Of a stretch of 64,000 nt of DNA, positions 19,446-29,640 are shown in pieces. The position numbers and the translations under genes were made by a program. The DNA lies in NCBI GenBank assembly GCA_047974375.1, contig JBKECF010000015.1, forward strand, positions 50,185 to 114,184. Direction: 5' to 3'. Position 1 is the first letter of the stretch; each line of letters starts with the position of its first letter. The notes under the pieces are model-generated. The model was not told the origin of the DNA, ran no database searches, and saw nothing but the letters and a program-made list of their open reading frames with translations. The DNA is from Lachnospirales bacterium (GTDB taxonomy: Bacteria > Bacillota > Clostridia > Lachnospirales > CAMZNU01).

Positions 19446-19483
19446 TAAAAAAGGTTATTGAAATTAATCAATAACCTTTTTTA
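19446..19483 (-). terminator. rpsP terminator (bidirectional hairpin)
   Basis: AAAAAAGGTTATTGA...TCAATAACCTTTTTT directly after the rpsP stop at 19489. Confidence 0.75.
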
Positions 19484-19488
19484 TGTTC

Positions 19489-19728
19489 TTATAAAGCACC
19501 GGCTTGTTTAAGCAATGCTCTAACTTTATCAGTCGGTTGAGCACCGTTAGAAATCCATTTTTTAGCTTCGTCTGTATCAATTTTAACAACACTAGGCTCT
19601 TTAGTTGGATCGTAATAACCAATTTCAGCAATAGCTTTACCGTCTCTTTGAGTTTTAGAGTCAGCAACTACTATTCTGTAAAAAGGAGCTTTTTTAGCAC
19701 CCATTCTTTTTAATCTAATCTTTACCAT
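19489..19728 (-). CDS. rpsP: 30S ribosomal protein S16
   Basis: [24 protein letters not shown]...: unmistakable S16 N-terminus, 79 aa. Confidence 0.95.
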   Translation of the reverse strand: MVKIRLKRMGAKKAPFYRIVVADSKTQRDGKAIAEIGYYDPTKEPSVVKIDTDEAKKWISNGAQPTDKVRALLKQAGAL

Positions 19729-19754
19729 GTTTTCACCTCCTTTAAATATTTTAT

Positions 19755-21095
19755 CTATCTTAAAAACGGCATATTTCCAAATAGACCTTTTTTTTGTTTG
19801 CCACCAAAGTTGCCAAATTGCTTCATCATTTTTTTCATGTTTTTAAATTGCTTTAACAATTTATTAATATCTTGTATGTCATTACCAGATCCCATGGCAA
19901 TTCTCTTTTTTCTTGAACCATTTATTAAATCTGGATTTTTTCTCTCTTCTTTTGTCATAGACTGAATAATAGCCTCAATGTGAGCCAAAGATTTTTCATC
20001 TACATTTTCTTCTAAATTAATATTTCCAGGCAAACCGGGAATCATACCTAATAAGTCCTTAAGAGGACCCATCTTTTTCATTTGTTGCATTTGACTTAGA
20101 AAATCTTCAAAATCAAACTCTTGATTCTTTAACTTTTCATTTAATTTAGAAGCTTCTTCCTCATCTATATTTTGCTGCACTTTATCTATTAAAGAAAGCA
20201 CATCGCCCATACCAAGTATACGAGATGCCATTCTATCTGGATGAAAAGCTTCTAAATCATCAAGTTTTTCACCTGTTGCAGCAAATTTTATAGGTTTACC
20301 AGTTACAGCTTTAACTGATAATGCAACACCACCACGTGTATCACCATCTAGCTTTGTGACTATCACACCATCAATACCCAGAGCTTCATTAAAAGCCGTA
20401 GCTACATTCACAGAGTCTTGACCAGTCATTGCATCAATAACTAATAAGATTTCTTGCGGGCAAATGGCAGATTTTATATTTTTTAGTTCATCCATTAGAG
20501 TTTCATCTATATGTAATCGTCCTGCTGTATCTAATATTACAATATCATTGCCCTTAGATATAGCCTCATCTATAGCTGACTTTGCTATATCCACAGGGTT
20601 CGCTGTTCCCATTTGGAATATTGGTATGTTTAAAGAATTTCCTAGCACCTCAAGTTGCTTAATTGCTGCTGGTCTATAAATATCACAAGCTGCAAGCAAA
20701 GGTCTACGGCCTTCTTTCTTTAGTTTATTAGCTAACTTTCCAGTAGTAGTTGTTTTACCTGCTCCTTGTAAACCAACCATCATGTAAACAGTTGGTGATT
20801 TTGTAGAAAAGGTAAGTTTACTTTCTACGCCTCCCATCAAAGTAGTTAATTCTTCATTAACTATTTTAACTACATGTTGCCCTGGCGTGAGGCTTTGCAT
20901 TACCTCATCACCTATAGATTTTTCTGTAACTGTTTTAATGAAATCTTTTACTATTTTGAAGTTAACATCTGCATCTAGTAGGGCTATTTTAATTTCTTTC
21001 ATTGCGCTCTTTACATCTTTTTCAGTTAACTTACCTTTACCTTTTAATTGTTTAAAAACATCTTGCAACTTACTTGAGAGTGAATCAAAAGCCAT
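19755..21095 (-). CDS. ffh: Signal recognition particle protein Ffh
   Basis: [40 protein letters not shown], and a methionine-rich M domain. True start is ATG 21095 after AAGGAGGG; the track start at 21128 adds 11 residues. Confidence 0.95.
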   Translation of the reverse strand: MAFDSLSSKLQDVFKQLKGKGKLTEKDVKSAMKEIKIALLDADVNFKIVKDFIKTVTEKSIGDEVMQSLTPGQHVVKIVNEELTTLMGGVESKLTFSTKSPTVYMMVGLQGAGKTTTTGKLANKLKKEGRRPLLAACDIYRPAAIKQLEVLGNSLNIPIFQMGTANPVDIAKSAIDEAISKGNDIVILDTAGRLHIDETLMDELKNIKSAICPQEILLVIDAMTGQDSVNVATAFNEALGIDGVIVTKLDGDTRGGVALSVKAVTGKPIKFAATGEKLDDLEAFHPDRMASRILGMGDVLSLIDKVQQNIDEEEASKLNEKLKNQEFDFEDFLSQMQQMKKMGPLKDLLGMIPGLPGNINLEENVDEKSLAHIEAIIQSMTKEERKNPDLINGSRKKRIAMGSGNDIQDINKLLKQFKNMKKMMKQFGNFGGKQKKGLFGNMPFLR

Positions 21096-21106
21096 ACTTA
21101 CCCTCC

Positions 21107-21442
21107 TTAAACTATTCCACCTAAACACCTTTTAATTTTTTTACTATTAGGATTATTCATATCTTCCAATAATTCTATTATTATACTAATTTGCTTCGCA
21201 TTATTTTTATAGTTTTTTAATAAATGTAATTTAACTTCGAAGTCATCTAACTTTTCTTCACAACGCTTAATGCTAGAATGCACACTTTGTCTTTTTATAT
21301 TTTTCATTTCACTAATTTCATTTAGAGAAAGGTCATTTAAATAATATAGTTCAAAAAATTCTTTTTGCTTTTCTGTTAACAATTCACCATAAAAGTCATA
21401 AAGGAAATTGTATCTATTAATCTTTTCATCCGTATACATCAC
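21107..21442 (-). CDS. ylxM: UPF0122 helix-turn-helix protein YlxM (SRP-operon associated)
   Basis: 111 aa with LLTEKQKEFFELYYLNDLSLNEISE, a sigma-70 region-4-like HTH. Conserved position upstream of ffh. Confidence 0.85.
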   Translation of the reverse strand: MMYTDEKINRYNFLYDFYGELLTEKQKEFFELYYLNDLSLNEISEMKNIKRQSVHSSIKRCEEKLDDFEVKLHLLKNYKNNAKQISIIIELLEDMNNPNSKKIKRCLGGIV

Positions 21443-21564
21443 ATCTCCTTGTAAGGTTTTTTCCCCTTACACCAAAAACATTCTACCACACACTTTATTA
21501 ATGTCAATAGTTTTTTTGTTTTTTATGAAATTTATCGCATAAGTAATAAAAATTATAATACACC

Positions 21565-21593
21565 TTGCAAGTAAATTTCTTTCTTGTTATATT
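21565..21593 (+). promoter_or_regulatory. Sigma-A-type promoter of the peptide/nickel ABC operon
   Basis: TTGCAA, 17 nt spacer, TATATT. The -35/spacer sequence TTGCAAGTAAAT is repeated inverted (ATTTACTTGC) ~55 nt downstream in the leader. Confidence 0.45.
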
Positions 21594-21665
21594 AGTTTAA
21601 GTATACCTTTAGTATGCAATAAAGTAACAAGCATTTACTTGCTAACTATTAGAAAGGAAATTTTT

Positions 21666-23183
21666 ATGAAAAAAATTTTACTAATATTATTTGTCATATT
21701 TTCACTTTATGGTTGTGGTAAACCTAATCAAGATTTAAGTACAATTTCCATACCATATCCGGCTGACTTTACCTCTTTAAGTCCTATGGTAGATATATCG
21801 GCCCATACCGAACAAGTTTTAAGAAATATGCATAGGACTTTACTTACATATAATGCCGAAACTAAAGATTTTGAATTGGATATGGCAGAAGAACTGAATT
21901 TTGACAAAAACATTTTGTATATAAAATTAAAGCCAAATATGTTATTTCATAACAACGAAAGAATTAAAGCTAGCGACGTAGCTTATTCATTTAAAAGACT
22001 AGCAGGGCATTACCCAGACTTCACTTCAACAAATGAAATATGGGTACAGCTATTAAATAAAGAAAAAAGTGAAATTACTATACTAGATGAATCAAGTCTA
22101 ACTATCAAGTTTAATGAAGATGCAATATCTTCTAGTATATATTATGCCATTGCTGATTGTTTTATTGTGCCAGAATCAGTTTCCGAAGCAGAACAAAGTA
22201 AAAACCCTATAGGTGCAGGACCCTACAAATTTGATAATTACATACCGGGCTTGCAAATTGAATTTTCAGCTTTTAATGACTATTATGGAACAGCTCCAGA
22301 AATAACTAAAATTATTTTTAAATTATATTCAGACGCAACATCAACTTTACTTGCATTTAAAAATAACGATATTAACTATATTTCTTTAGACTCATCAAGT
22401 AAAGATGAGATTCAAAACATTGAAGGTACAACTATTTATAGCAATTTAATGAATGATATAAATATAATGTATTTAAATTTCAACGTTGAACCATTTAATA
22501 ATATTAAAATAAGAAAAGCCATTAATTATGGTATAAATAAGGAACGTATTATATCTTTATCGACAGCGGATATTGGAAAAACTACGGACACACATTTGTC
22601 CAAATTCATGACAAATGTGTATAATGAAAATTTAAAAAATACTTATGATTACAATCCTGAAAAAGCAAAAGAAATATTAAATGAATATGGATATAACGAA
22701 AATAATCCGTTAATATTAAACTTAAAAACGGTTGCAGAGAACAATATCTCTAATGATATGGCTCTATTGTTAAAAGATGAATTATATAATGTAAACATAG
22801 AGATAAATATTATACCCATACCTTGGGAACAATATTTACCCACTGTATATCTGGAAAAAGACTATGAAGCTACAATACTCCAGCTTTTTGGATATGCAAA
22901 CCCATATGAAGTTATGTCTTCAAATGTAAGTACCGACGTTGGTAACCTTCCAGGATTTAATAATAAACAATATGACGAACTGATGAACCGTGCTTACCAT
23001 GAATTAGATGAAGACAAAAGAAACACTTACTTTAAAGAAGCGCAACAAATTTTAGTAGATAATGCAGTAGCAGTATATTTAGGCGATAGAGGTGAACAAG
23101 TGGCCTTATCTAAGGGCTATGTAGGTTATGAACAATACCCATTCCCTTTTATTGATGTATCTATTATAAAAATAGAGAGATAA
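21666..23183 (+). CDS. ABC transporter substrate-binding lipoprotein, family 5 (peptide/nickel/opine type)
   Basis: MKKILLILFVIFSLYGCG lipobox, ~505 aa, family-5 SBP-like. Start is ATG 21666; the track start at 21639 is a TTG. Confidence 0.8.
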   Translation: MKKILLILFVIFSLYGCGKPNQDLSTISIPYPADFTSLSPMVDISAHTEQVLRNMHRTLLTYNAETKDFELDMAEELNFDKNILYIKLKPNMLFHNNERIKASDVAYSFKRLAGHYPDFTSTNEIWVQLLNKEKSEITILDESSLTIKFNEDAISSSIYYAIADCFIVPESVSEAEQSKNPIGAGPYKFDNYIPGLQIEFSAFNDYYGTAPEITKIIFKLYSDATSTLLAFKNNDINYISLDSSSKDEIQNIEGTTIYSNLMNDINIMYLNFNVEPFNNIKIRKAINYGINKERIISLSTADIGKTTDTHLSKFMTNVYNENLKNTYDYNPEKAKEILNEYGYNENNPLILNLKTVAENNISNDMALLLKDELYNVNIEINIIPIPWEQYLPTVYLEKDYEATILQLFGYANPYEVMSSNVSTDVGNLPGFNNKQYDELMNRAYHELDEDKRNTYFKEAQQILVDNAVAVYLGDRGEQVALSKGYVGYEQYPFPFIDVSIIKIER

Positions 23184-23184
23184 T

Positions 23185-24084
23185 ATGAAAAAAATAAGTA
23201 TAAAGCTAATACAATATATTATAATTTTACTGACAGTTCAAACAATACTCTTTTTTATGTTCCAAGTGTTACCAGGAAATCCTGCCATTCTACGCCTAGG
23301 AATAGAAAATGCAGATAACGAAGCACTGAAAGCAGTTTTAGAAAAAAATTATAATCTCAATGATAATATTGCATTATCATATTATAACTGGATAAAAAAT
23401 TTACTATTTGGTGATTTAGGCAATTCTTTTACTTTCGAAAATTATACAGTAAAGGAATTAATTTTACCTAGGTTGTTGGAAACATTAAAACTTAGTATAC
23501 CAACTATTGTCTTTTCAACAGCTGTCGGTTTTACTATTACAATCCTTCTATTAATTAAGGATAATAAATTTACTGCCATTATTAAAAATCTTGTAGTAGT
23601 CGGTATTTCACTACCTAGCTTTTGGATTGGAATAATTTTATTAAATATATTTGGAATTAACTTGGGTCTATTTAGAAATAACTCACTTATGCTACCCATA
23701 CTTTCTTTAGGTATTCCATCAACATCTTTAATTGTAAAGTATTTTTACCTATCATGCTTAGAGGAGAGTAAAAAAGAGTATATAGAATTCTTAAGAATAA
23801 ACGAAATAAGTTTATTTAATATAACTAGACATATATTTAAGAACTCCATAATATCCTTTTTAGGTGTTTTTCTTTCAATATTTCTTAGCATACTTACTGG
23901 AAGCGTTCTAATTGAGAATATTTTTGCTATTAATGGTATAGGCAAACTTATGGTAAGTTCCATAAAAACTTACGATTATCCTGTAGTGCAAGGAATAGTT
24001 TTATGCTACACCTTAATTATTTTATTATGTTCATGGATAATTGATTTAATTTCAATTATAATTGATAAGCGTTTAAAAATATAA
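23185..24084 (+). CDS. ABC transporter permease (DppB/OppB type)
   Basis: 299-aa polytopic protein following the SBP gene. Confidence 0.8.
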   Translation: MKKISIKLIQYIIILLTVQTILFFMFQVLPGNPAILRLGIENADNEALKAVLEKNYNLNDNIALSYYNWIKNLLFGDLGNSFTFENYTVKELILPRLLETLKLSIPTIVFSTAVGFTITILLLIKDNKFTAIIKNLVVVGISLPSFWIGIILLNIFGINLGLFRNNSLMLPILSLGIPSTSLIVKYFYLSCLEESKKEYIEFLRINEISLFNITRHIFKNSIISFLGVFLSIFLSILTGSVLIENIFAINGIGKLMVSSIKTYDYPVVQGIVLCYTLIILLCSWIIDLISIIIDKRLKI

Positions 24085-24103
24085 ACTAGAAAGAGTAGGA
24101 TAA

Positions 24104-24934
24104 ATGAATACAAATTCTTTTTTAAATAAAAAATTTATTATCGCCATTACAACTATTTTTATATTTATTACTGTAGGTATAATAAGTTTTTTTTGGACAC
24201 CAAATAATCCATATAAAATATACGACAATATATTAGGAAATAAGCTTATTTCATCTCCGTCCTCCATTTTCATCTTGGGAACAGATGAAAATGGAAGATG
24301 TATTTTATCTAGATTAATGATATCTCTTAGACGACTTTTTCTTATTTCTTTTTTTTCAGTAAGTATTGCTATTTTTTTAGGAATTATAATGGGCTTTATT
24401 TCCGGATACTCAAAAGGCAAATTAGGATATTTAACTTATGGAATAATAAATATTATGAATTCAATACCAGATATTATATTTATACTTGTAATAATGTCCT
24501 TGGTTGGTGCTAGCAACATATCTTTAATATTAACAATTGGCTTTGTTTCTTTTGCTTATCCAGCTAGAGTAATTAGGAGTAATGTTCACAATATTAAAAC
24601 TAGCGATTATATCTTTTGGGCAGGGAGTATTGGAGCTTCACATTTTAGGATTATATTTTTTCATATTTTTCCTAACCTATTATCTCTATTTTTTTTATGT
24701 GTAGTTAATCTATTTGCCACATCTATTCTAATTGATTCGGCTATTAGTTTTTTAGGTTTTGTAAGCCCAGATGTAGCCAGCATAGGTAGTATGTTGTCAA
24801 AATCAAGTATTTATTTAACATCATATCCCTTATATTGTATAGTTCCTGGAGTTGTAATTATACTTATAGTACTCTCTTTAAACATAATATCAGAATCATT
24901 AAACTTATATTTAGAAGAAAAAAAGATAATTTAA
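24104..24934 (+). CDS. ABC transporter permease (DppC/OppC type)
   Basis: 276-aa polytopic protein in operon context. Confidence 0.8.
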   Translation: MNTNSFLNKKFIIAITTIFIFITVGIISFFWTPNNPYKIYDNILGNKLISSPSSIFILGTDENGRCILSRLMISLRRLFLISFFSVSIAIFLGIIMGFISGYSKGKLGYLTYGIINIMNSIPDIIFILVIMSLVGASNISLILTIGFVSFAYPARVIRSNVHNIKTSDYIFWAGSIGASHFRIIFFHIFPNLLSLFFLCVVNLFATSILIDSAISFLGFVSPDVASIGSMLSKSSIYLTSYPLYCIVPGVVIILIVLSLNIISESLNLYLEEKKII

Positions 24935-24957
24935 CAGATTCAAAGAAAGGTTAGAAT

Positions 24958-25827
24958 ATGCTATCAGTCGAAAATTTATATGTTAAATCTTTAGATATTG
25001 AGCTTTTATCTAATATTAATTTTAATGTAGCAAAAAGTACTGCTTGCGGAATAATAGGAGAAAGTGGATCAGGTAAAACATTATTAGTAAAAACTATATT
25101 AAACAATAATAATTTAAAAACAAATGGTAATATATGTTATGATAATAAAATAATTAGCAAAAATATCTTCGGATATATTCCCCAAAATCCCGCTTTAGCC
25201 TTAGACCCATTATATACAATCGGACAACAAATATTAGAATTATCAAAAAGCAAAAATAAAGCGGAAATAGTTGATATATGTAAAGAAGTAAACTTAGATA
25301 AGAAATATCTTAACTACTATCCACACCAACTAAGCGGAGGAATTAAACAGAGAGTTCTTATTGCCATGGCACTTATTAATAACCCCAAAATAATAATAGC
25401 TGACGAACCAACGACATCTTTAGATGTTACAGTTCAACTAGATATACTAAATTTAATTAAAAAAATTCAAAAAAAACATGGCTTAATGCTACTATTTATA
25501 TCCCATGATATAAAAGTGATAAAATATATATGTAGCGATGTTATTGTAATGTATGGAGGAAGAATTGTAGAAAAAGGGCAAATTGATGTATTAGAAAAGC
25601 CTTTGCATCCCTATACAAAAGCTTTGGTCGAGTCTGTTCCTAAAGGCAAGTATAATGACTGTGTAGTAAAAGGGTTATTAGGTAATCCAATTAAGTTAAA
25701 AGAAAATATTACTGGATGCAACTTTTATAATAGGTGTGTTTATAAAAAAGATGCTTGTAAAAGTCATAATAAAAATAATAATATAGACGGAAGAATAGTA
25801 AATTGTATTTTATATAATGAGGTGTAA
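24958..25827 (+). CDS. ABC transporter ATP-binding protein (DppD/OppD type)
   Basis: Walker A GESGSGKT, signature LSGGIKQR, Walker B IIIADEPT, and an oligopeptide-type C-terminal extension. It is the only ATPase in this operon. Confidence 0.85.
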   Translation: MLSVENLYVKSLDIELLSNINFNVAKSTACGIIGESGSGKTLLVKTILNNNNLKTNGNICYDNKIISKNIFGYIPQNPALALDPLYTIGQQILELSKSKNKAEIVDICKEVNLDKKYLNYYPHQLSGGIKQRVLIAMALINNPKIIIADEPTTSLDVTVQLDILNLIKKIQKKHGLMLLFISHDIKVIKYICSDVIVMYGGRIVEKGQIDVLEKPLHPYTKALVESVPKGKYNDCVVKGLLGNPIKLKENITGCNFYNRCVYKKDACKSHNKNNNIDGRIVNCILYNEV

Positions 25828-25828
25828 A

Positions 25829-26068
25829 ATGAGATTAGATAAATTTTTAAAAGTTTCTAGAATAATAAAACGTCGTACAGTAGCTAACGATGCTTGTTCA
25901 GCCGGAAGAGTTACAATAAATGGATTAACTGCAAAAGCTGGAGCCAATATTAAAATAGGCGATATTATAGAAATAAAATTTGGTGATAAACAAAACCAAT
26001 ATGAAGTACTAAATATAAAAGAAACTGTAAAAAAAGATGAAGCAAACGACTTATATAAGCAACTGTAG
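25829..26068 (+). CDS. yabO: S4-domain RNA-binding protein YabO/RqcP (Hsp15-like)
   Basis: MRLDKFLKVSRIIKRRTVA... is near-identical in its N-terminal pattern to B. subtilis YabO. Start is ATG 25829 after GAGGTG. Confidence 0.85.
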   Translation: MRLDKFLKVSRIIKRRTVANDACSAGRVTINGLTAKAGANIKIGDIIEIKFGDKQNQYEVLNIKETVKKDEANDLYKQL

Positions 26069-26077
26069 GTGATAATT

Positions 26078-26341
26078 ATGAAGAGAAGTAAAATATTTGT
26101 ATTAGTCTTTACAGCAATATCAATCTTCGGTTGTATATATGTTTTTCGTTCAGTTAATGAGTACAATAAGTTAGTAAAGGTCAATGAAGAATTGGTCAAT
26201 GAATTAGAAAAATCAGATAAAAAAATAGTTGATATAAAAAATGATATAGTTTACCAAGATAGTATCGAATTTGTAAAAAAAGTTGCACGTGACCAACTAG
26301 GGTATGTAAACGGAGATGAATTTATTTTTAAGGTTAAATAA
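26078..26341 (+). CDS. divIC: Septum formation initiator, FtsB/DivIC family
   Basis: Short bitopic protein: TM helix, then a coiled coil, then C-terminal ARDQLGYVNGDEFIF. Conserved position after yabO. Confidence 0.75.
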   Translation: MKRSKIFVLVFTAISIFGCIYVFRSVNEYNKLVKVNEELVNELEKSDKKIVDIKNDIVYQDSIEFVKKVARDQLGYVNGDEFIFKVK

Positions 26342-26356
26342 TTTTTAGGGGGAATT

Positions 26357-27370
26357 ATGAAAGAAAAAGTTATAATGAAGGATATTGCAAAAGACTTAAA
26401 CATTAGCATTGTTTCGGTTTCTAAGGCGTTATCTGGTAAAGATGGCATTAGTGATGAATTAAGGGTTAAAATAATAAATAAAGCTAATGCATTAGGATAT
26501 AGAACATCTTTAACACAAAAAAACAACTTACTCAATAACCCGATAATTGGCATAATTGCCCCTGAATATTTTTTTAAAGGAAATCAATATTATTGTGACT
26601 GTTTTGCAGAAATTGTCCAATTACTTGAAGAAAATCAATATAGTGCAATCCTAAAAATTATAAGCCATGATGAAATTAATAATAAAGATATACCTAGAAT
26701 GATTGAAAATAAATTGGTTGATGGAATTATTTTCTTAGCAGAGATACCTAGCGGGTATATTGAAAATATTTCTAAAATAGCCATCCCTTTTCTGCTATTT
26801 GATTTTTATTGTACTGATATAAATACAACATCTATTGTTGCCAATAATTTTTTAGGCACTTATGAGATAACTAATTTTTTAATTAATAATGGACATAGTA
26901 AAATCGGGTTTGTAGGAACGATTAATGCAACAAAAAGTATAAGTGACCGTTTTTTAGGCTATCAAAAAAGTTTGTTGGAACATAGTATTGGGTTCAACTC
27001 CGATTTAATCATAAAAGATCGAGATGATATAAACACTATTTCCAATAAACTATTTAAATTGCCAGATAATATGCCCACAGCCTTTGTTTGTAACAACGAT
27101 TCATCTGCCTTTACATTTATAACTTTCCTAGAAAAAAATGGTTATAGCGTACCAAAAGACGTTAGTATAATAAGTTTTGACAACACAAAATATAGCAGAA
27201 TAACCTCCCCTAGCATTACAACTTATGATACCAATATTAAAAACATGTCACAAGCTGCTGTTAATAAAATAATTGGATTTATAAAAGGTGAAAATGATAT
27301 TAAAGAACAAATAGTTGTAACTGGCGACATAATTCTTAGAAATAGTCATAGAAGCTTATTGCTAAAATAA
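26357..27370 (+). CDS. LacI-family transcriptional regulator
   Basis: N-terminal HTH IMKDIAKDLNISIVSVSKALSG plus a periplasmic-binding-protein-like sugar-binding core. Confidence 0.85.
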   Translation: MKEKVIMKDIAKDLNISIVSVSKALSGKDGISDELRVKIINKANALGYRTSLTQKNNLLNNPIIGIIAPEYFFKGNQYYCDCFAEIVQLLEENQYSAILKIISHDEINNKDIPRMIENKLVDGIIFLAEIPSGYIENISKIAIPFLLFDFYCTDINTTSIVANNFLGTYEITNFLINNGHSKIGFVGTINATKSISDRFLGYQKSLLEHSIGFNSDLIIKDRDDINTISNKLFKLPDNMPTAFVCNNDSSAFTFITFLEKNGYSVPKDVSIISFDNTKYSRITSPSITTYDTNIKNMSQAAVNKIIGFIKGENDIKEQIVVTGDIILRNSHRSLLLK

Positions 27371-27389
27371 TGGAAACAGGAGGAACTCA

Positions 27390-27911
27390 ATGAATAAAAA
27401 AAATTTGATTAATATTATTTTCTTTATTATTATTTTTGCGTATTTAATTTTTTTGTTTAAATTGCTTTTCTTTAAAAATTTTTCCCCCATAGAAATATTA
27501 GATACTTCAAGAGCAATGTCAAGACGCACTAACCTAAATCCCTTCGAGACAATAACTAATTACTATATATATAGTTCTAAAAATTTTTTTGTATCGGGTA
27601 CAAATTTATTTGGCAATATTATTATATTTATACCTATTGGATTTTTATTAAAATTATTTAATACCAGATTTACATCTATTTTTATATTTTTTATAACTTG
27701 CTTTGTAGAATTAATACAATATATTCTTGCTATTGGTGTTGCTGATATTGATGACATTATTTTGAATTATATTGGTGGTTTAATTGGTATTGCTTTATAT
27801 ATAATTTGCAATCGTTGTTTTAAAGATAACCATAAAATAAAAACCATAGTAGTATATTCTAGTATAGCTATTTTAACATTGTATTTTATTTTTTATTTAC
27901 TTTTTGTGTAA
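27390..27911 (+). CDS. VanZ-family membrane protein
   Basis: 173 aa, 4-5 TM helices, with a VanZ-like GVADIDDIILNYIGGLIG motif. Confidence 0.7.
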   Translation: MNKKNLINIIFFIIIFAYLIFLFKLLFFKNFSPIEILDTSRAMSRRTNLNPFETITNYYIYSSKNFFVSGTNLFGNIIIFIPIGFLLKLFNTRFTSIFIFFITCFVELIQYILAIGVADIDDIILNYIGGLIGIALYIICNRCFKDNHKIKTIVVYSSIAILTLYFIFYLLFV

Positions 27912-28054
27912 TAAAATCAGCTATTTAAAAATAATACTCCTATGGTTATAAAGTTTCATCTTCATTAAATAAATCTAACTGTATGTGTCAGTTTGAGCTG
28001 AGTTTTGCTTTTACAGAGATTTCTGCACACCATACCAAGAGCATAAATACTTCA

Positions 28055-28384
28055 TTATACAAGTATATTAAAATATTTTGTATCCTCCAACGCCATGATG
28101 CCATATAGTGTACTTTCTTCAATAACAAACATCTCCCCAGCATTAAGTGTTATTTCATCTTTCTCTTTAAATGTTATTTTTAATTTTCCTTCTAAGCAAA
28201 AGAATAATGTTTCTTCAGGATATATTTCTTTATCAATGTCTTCCCCTTTTGATGCTGAAAAAAAACGCATTTCTATGTTCTCAGTGTTTAAAATTGCTTT
28301 ACTTGATATTTTATTCTTTGAATGGCTTACATATTCTTTCGAGTCTATAACAGTAAATGGTTCGATATTTTTATATTTTTTCAT
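28055..28384 (-). CDS. Cupin-domain protein
   Basis: 109 aa, small beta-barrel pattern (LFFCLEGKLKITF...GEMFVIE). Abuts the upstream cupin gene. Confidence 0.6.
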   Translation of the reverse strand: MKKYKNIEPFTVIDSKEYVSHSKNKISSKAILNTENIEMRFFSASKGEDIDKEIYPEETLFFCLEGKLKITFKEKDEITLNAGEMFVIEESTLYGIMALEDTKYFNILV

Positions 28385-28723
28385 CTACTTCTCCTTTATA
28401 ACTACCAAAAGCATTGTCATATTTTCTTTTGCTGTTACTTGATGTGAAATATTAGCAGGCATAACAATAACTTGTCCTTGTTTGACTTCTGTTGTTTCCT
28501 CTGCAATTTTAACTGTTGCTATGCCTTTATGAATGTATAATAGCGCATCGCCGGTGGCAGCATGAGGTCCAACACCTTCACCTTTTCCAAAGGATAAAAA
28601 AGTTATAGAAGAACCATTTTTTTGTGCCAAAGACAAACTATCTATTTGTCCATCAGATGGAAAAACTAAATCATCTACACTTATACTCTTACCAATTTCA
28701 ATATTTTTGATAAATTCACTCAT
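28385..28723 (-). CDS. Cupin-domain protein
   Basis: 112 aa with cupin_2-like [16 protein letters not shown]...[12 protein letters not shown]. Confidence 0.65.
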   Translation of the reverse strand: MSEFIKNIEIGKSISVDDLVFPSDGQIDSLSLAQKNGSSITFLSFGKGEGVGPHAATGDALLYIHKGIATVKIAEETTEVKQGQVIVMPANISHQVTAKENMTMLLVVIKEK

Positions 28724-28884
28724 AATAATCTCCTTTTTTCTATAAAAAATTCTTTTCGACTTCTGTTATATCTAGTTAACATCATAGCATAACCCCCCTA
28801 TATTTGCATTGCATAAGCAACCATTATATGAAGACATTGAATTTAAAATTATAGATTTAGTTTAGTTTATATCAAAGAATTAGA

Positions 28885-29640
28885 TTACTGCTTATTTGAG
28901 ATGAAACTTATTTTAAGTATTTTTGAAATAATAGTTTCAAATACACCTGATAATATTATTGTGATAATTGCCCATGCAAGAACACCGGCTGTGTTTAAAG
29001 CTACTCGTTCCATTTGAAAGCCGGTTCCCATGGCATATTTAGGCTGGCTAAGTACTTCTGCTGCGATGCACACTTTAAATGTCAATGAAAATCCAGTTGG
29101 TAATATTGCTGCAAGTGATGCAACTATAGATGGTAAATATAAATGAAATAGCTTTTTCATTTTTGTAAATCTGTAAATATTTACCATCTCCAGCAGCTTT
29201 TTATCAATGTTGATTATACCGCTTACAACTGTACTGTAAATAATAGGAAAACATACTAGAAAGCATACAAGTATAGGTGATGATTCTCTTCCTAACCAAA
29301 TAAGAGCCAATAAGATTACTGCCATTGTCGGCATTGATTTTAAAACTAAAATAATAGGTTCTAACAAATCACGAATAAATCCATAAAAACCACTAATCAT
29401 ACCCAATACTATGCCTAAGGTAAATGATAATAAAAAACTAAAAATAACCCTTTTACAAGTAGAAACTAGGTTAAGCAAAAAATTTTTATCTAATACAATA
29501 ACAATCAGCTCTTCAATAACTCTAATTGGTGAAGGTATTTTGATTTCATTACTTATATATGTGGCAAATAAAAACCATATACTAACTAACACTATAATTA
29601 TAAAAATTTTATACTTATTATTCAAAATAAAATCCTTCAT
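28885..29640 (-). CDS. ABC transporter permease, NitT/TauT (SsuC/ThiX-like) family
   Basis: 251-aa polytopic protein in operon with an NMT1-like SBP and a NitT/TauT-type ATPase. Confidence 0.8.
   Translation of the reverse strand: MKDFILNNKYKIFIIIVLVSIWFLFATYISNEIKIPSPIRVIEELIVIVLDKNFLLNLVSTCKRVIFSFLLSFTLGIVLGMISGFYGFIRDLLEPIILVLKSMPTMAVILLALIWLGRESSPILVCFLVCFPIIYSTVVSGIINIDKKLLEMVNIYRFTKMKKLFHLYLPSIVASLAAILPTGFSLTFKVCIAAEVLSQPKYAMGTGFQMERVALNTAGVLAWAIITIILSGVFETIISKILKISFISNKQ

Noticed and set aside
19464-19713. ORFs 19464-19667 (-) and 19504-19713 (+) overlapping rpsP
   Set aside because: They are alternative or antisense frames of the unambiguous S16 gene.
21666-25827. Peptide/nickel-type ABC operon with only one ATPase gene (no OppF/DppF partner), considered as a truncated system
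   Set aside because: The operon is compact, with intact genes, and is immediately followed by conserved yabO-divIC. Single-ATPase family-5 systems exist, so this is not clearly anomalous.
27997-28016. GCTGAGTTTTGCTTTTACAG resembles the IS terminal repeat CCTGAGTTTTACAG, with a 6-nt insertion. It could be a solo IS end, which together with 31463 would bracket the cupin/ABC block.
   Set aside because: The match is short (10+4 nt) and interrupted, and no second feature (TSD or transposase remnant) supports it. In AT-rich DNA it could be chance.
28055-28723. Tandem abutting cupin genes, considered as a possible novel two-component enzyme
   Set aside because: The only evidence is the small generic beta-barrel pattern. 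No clear metal-ligand motif or informative neighbour is present, so nothing specific can be supported from sequence alone.
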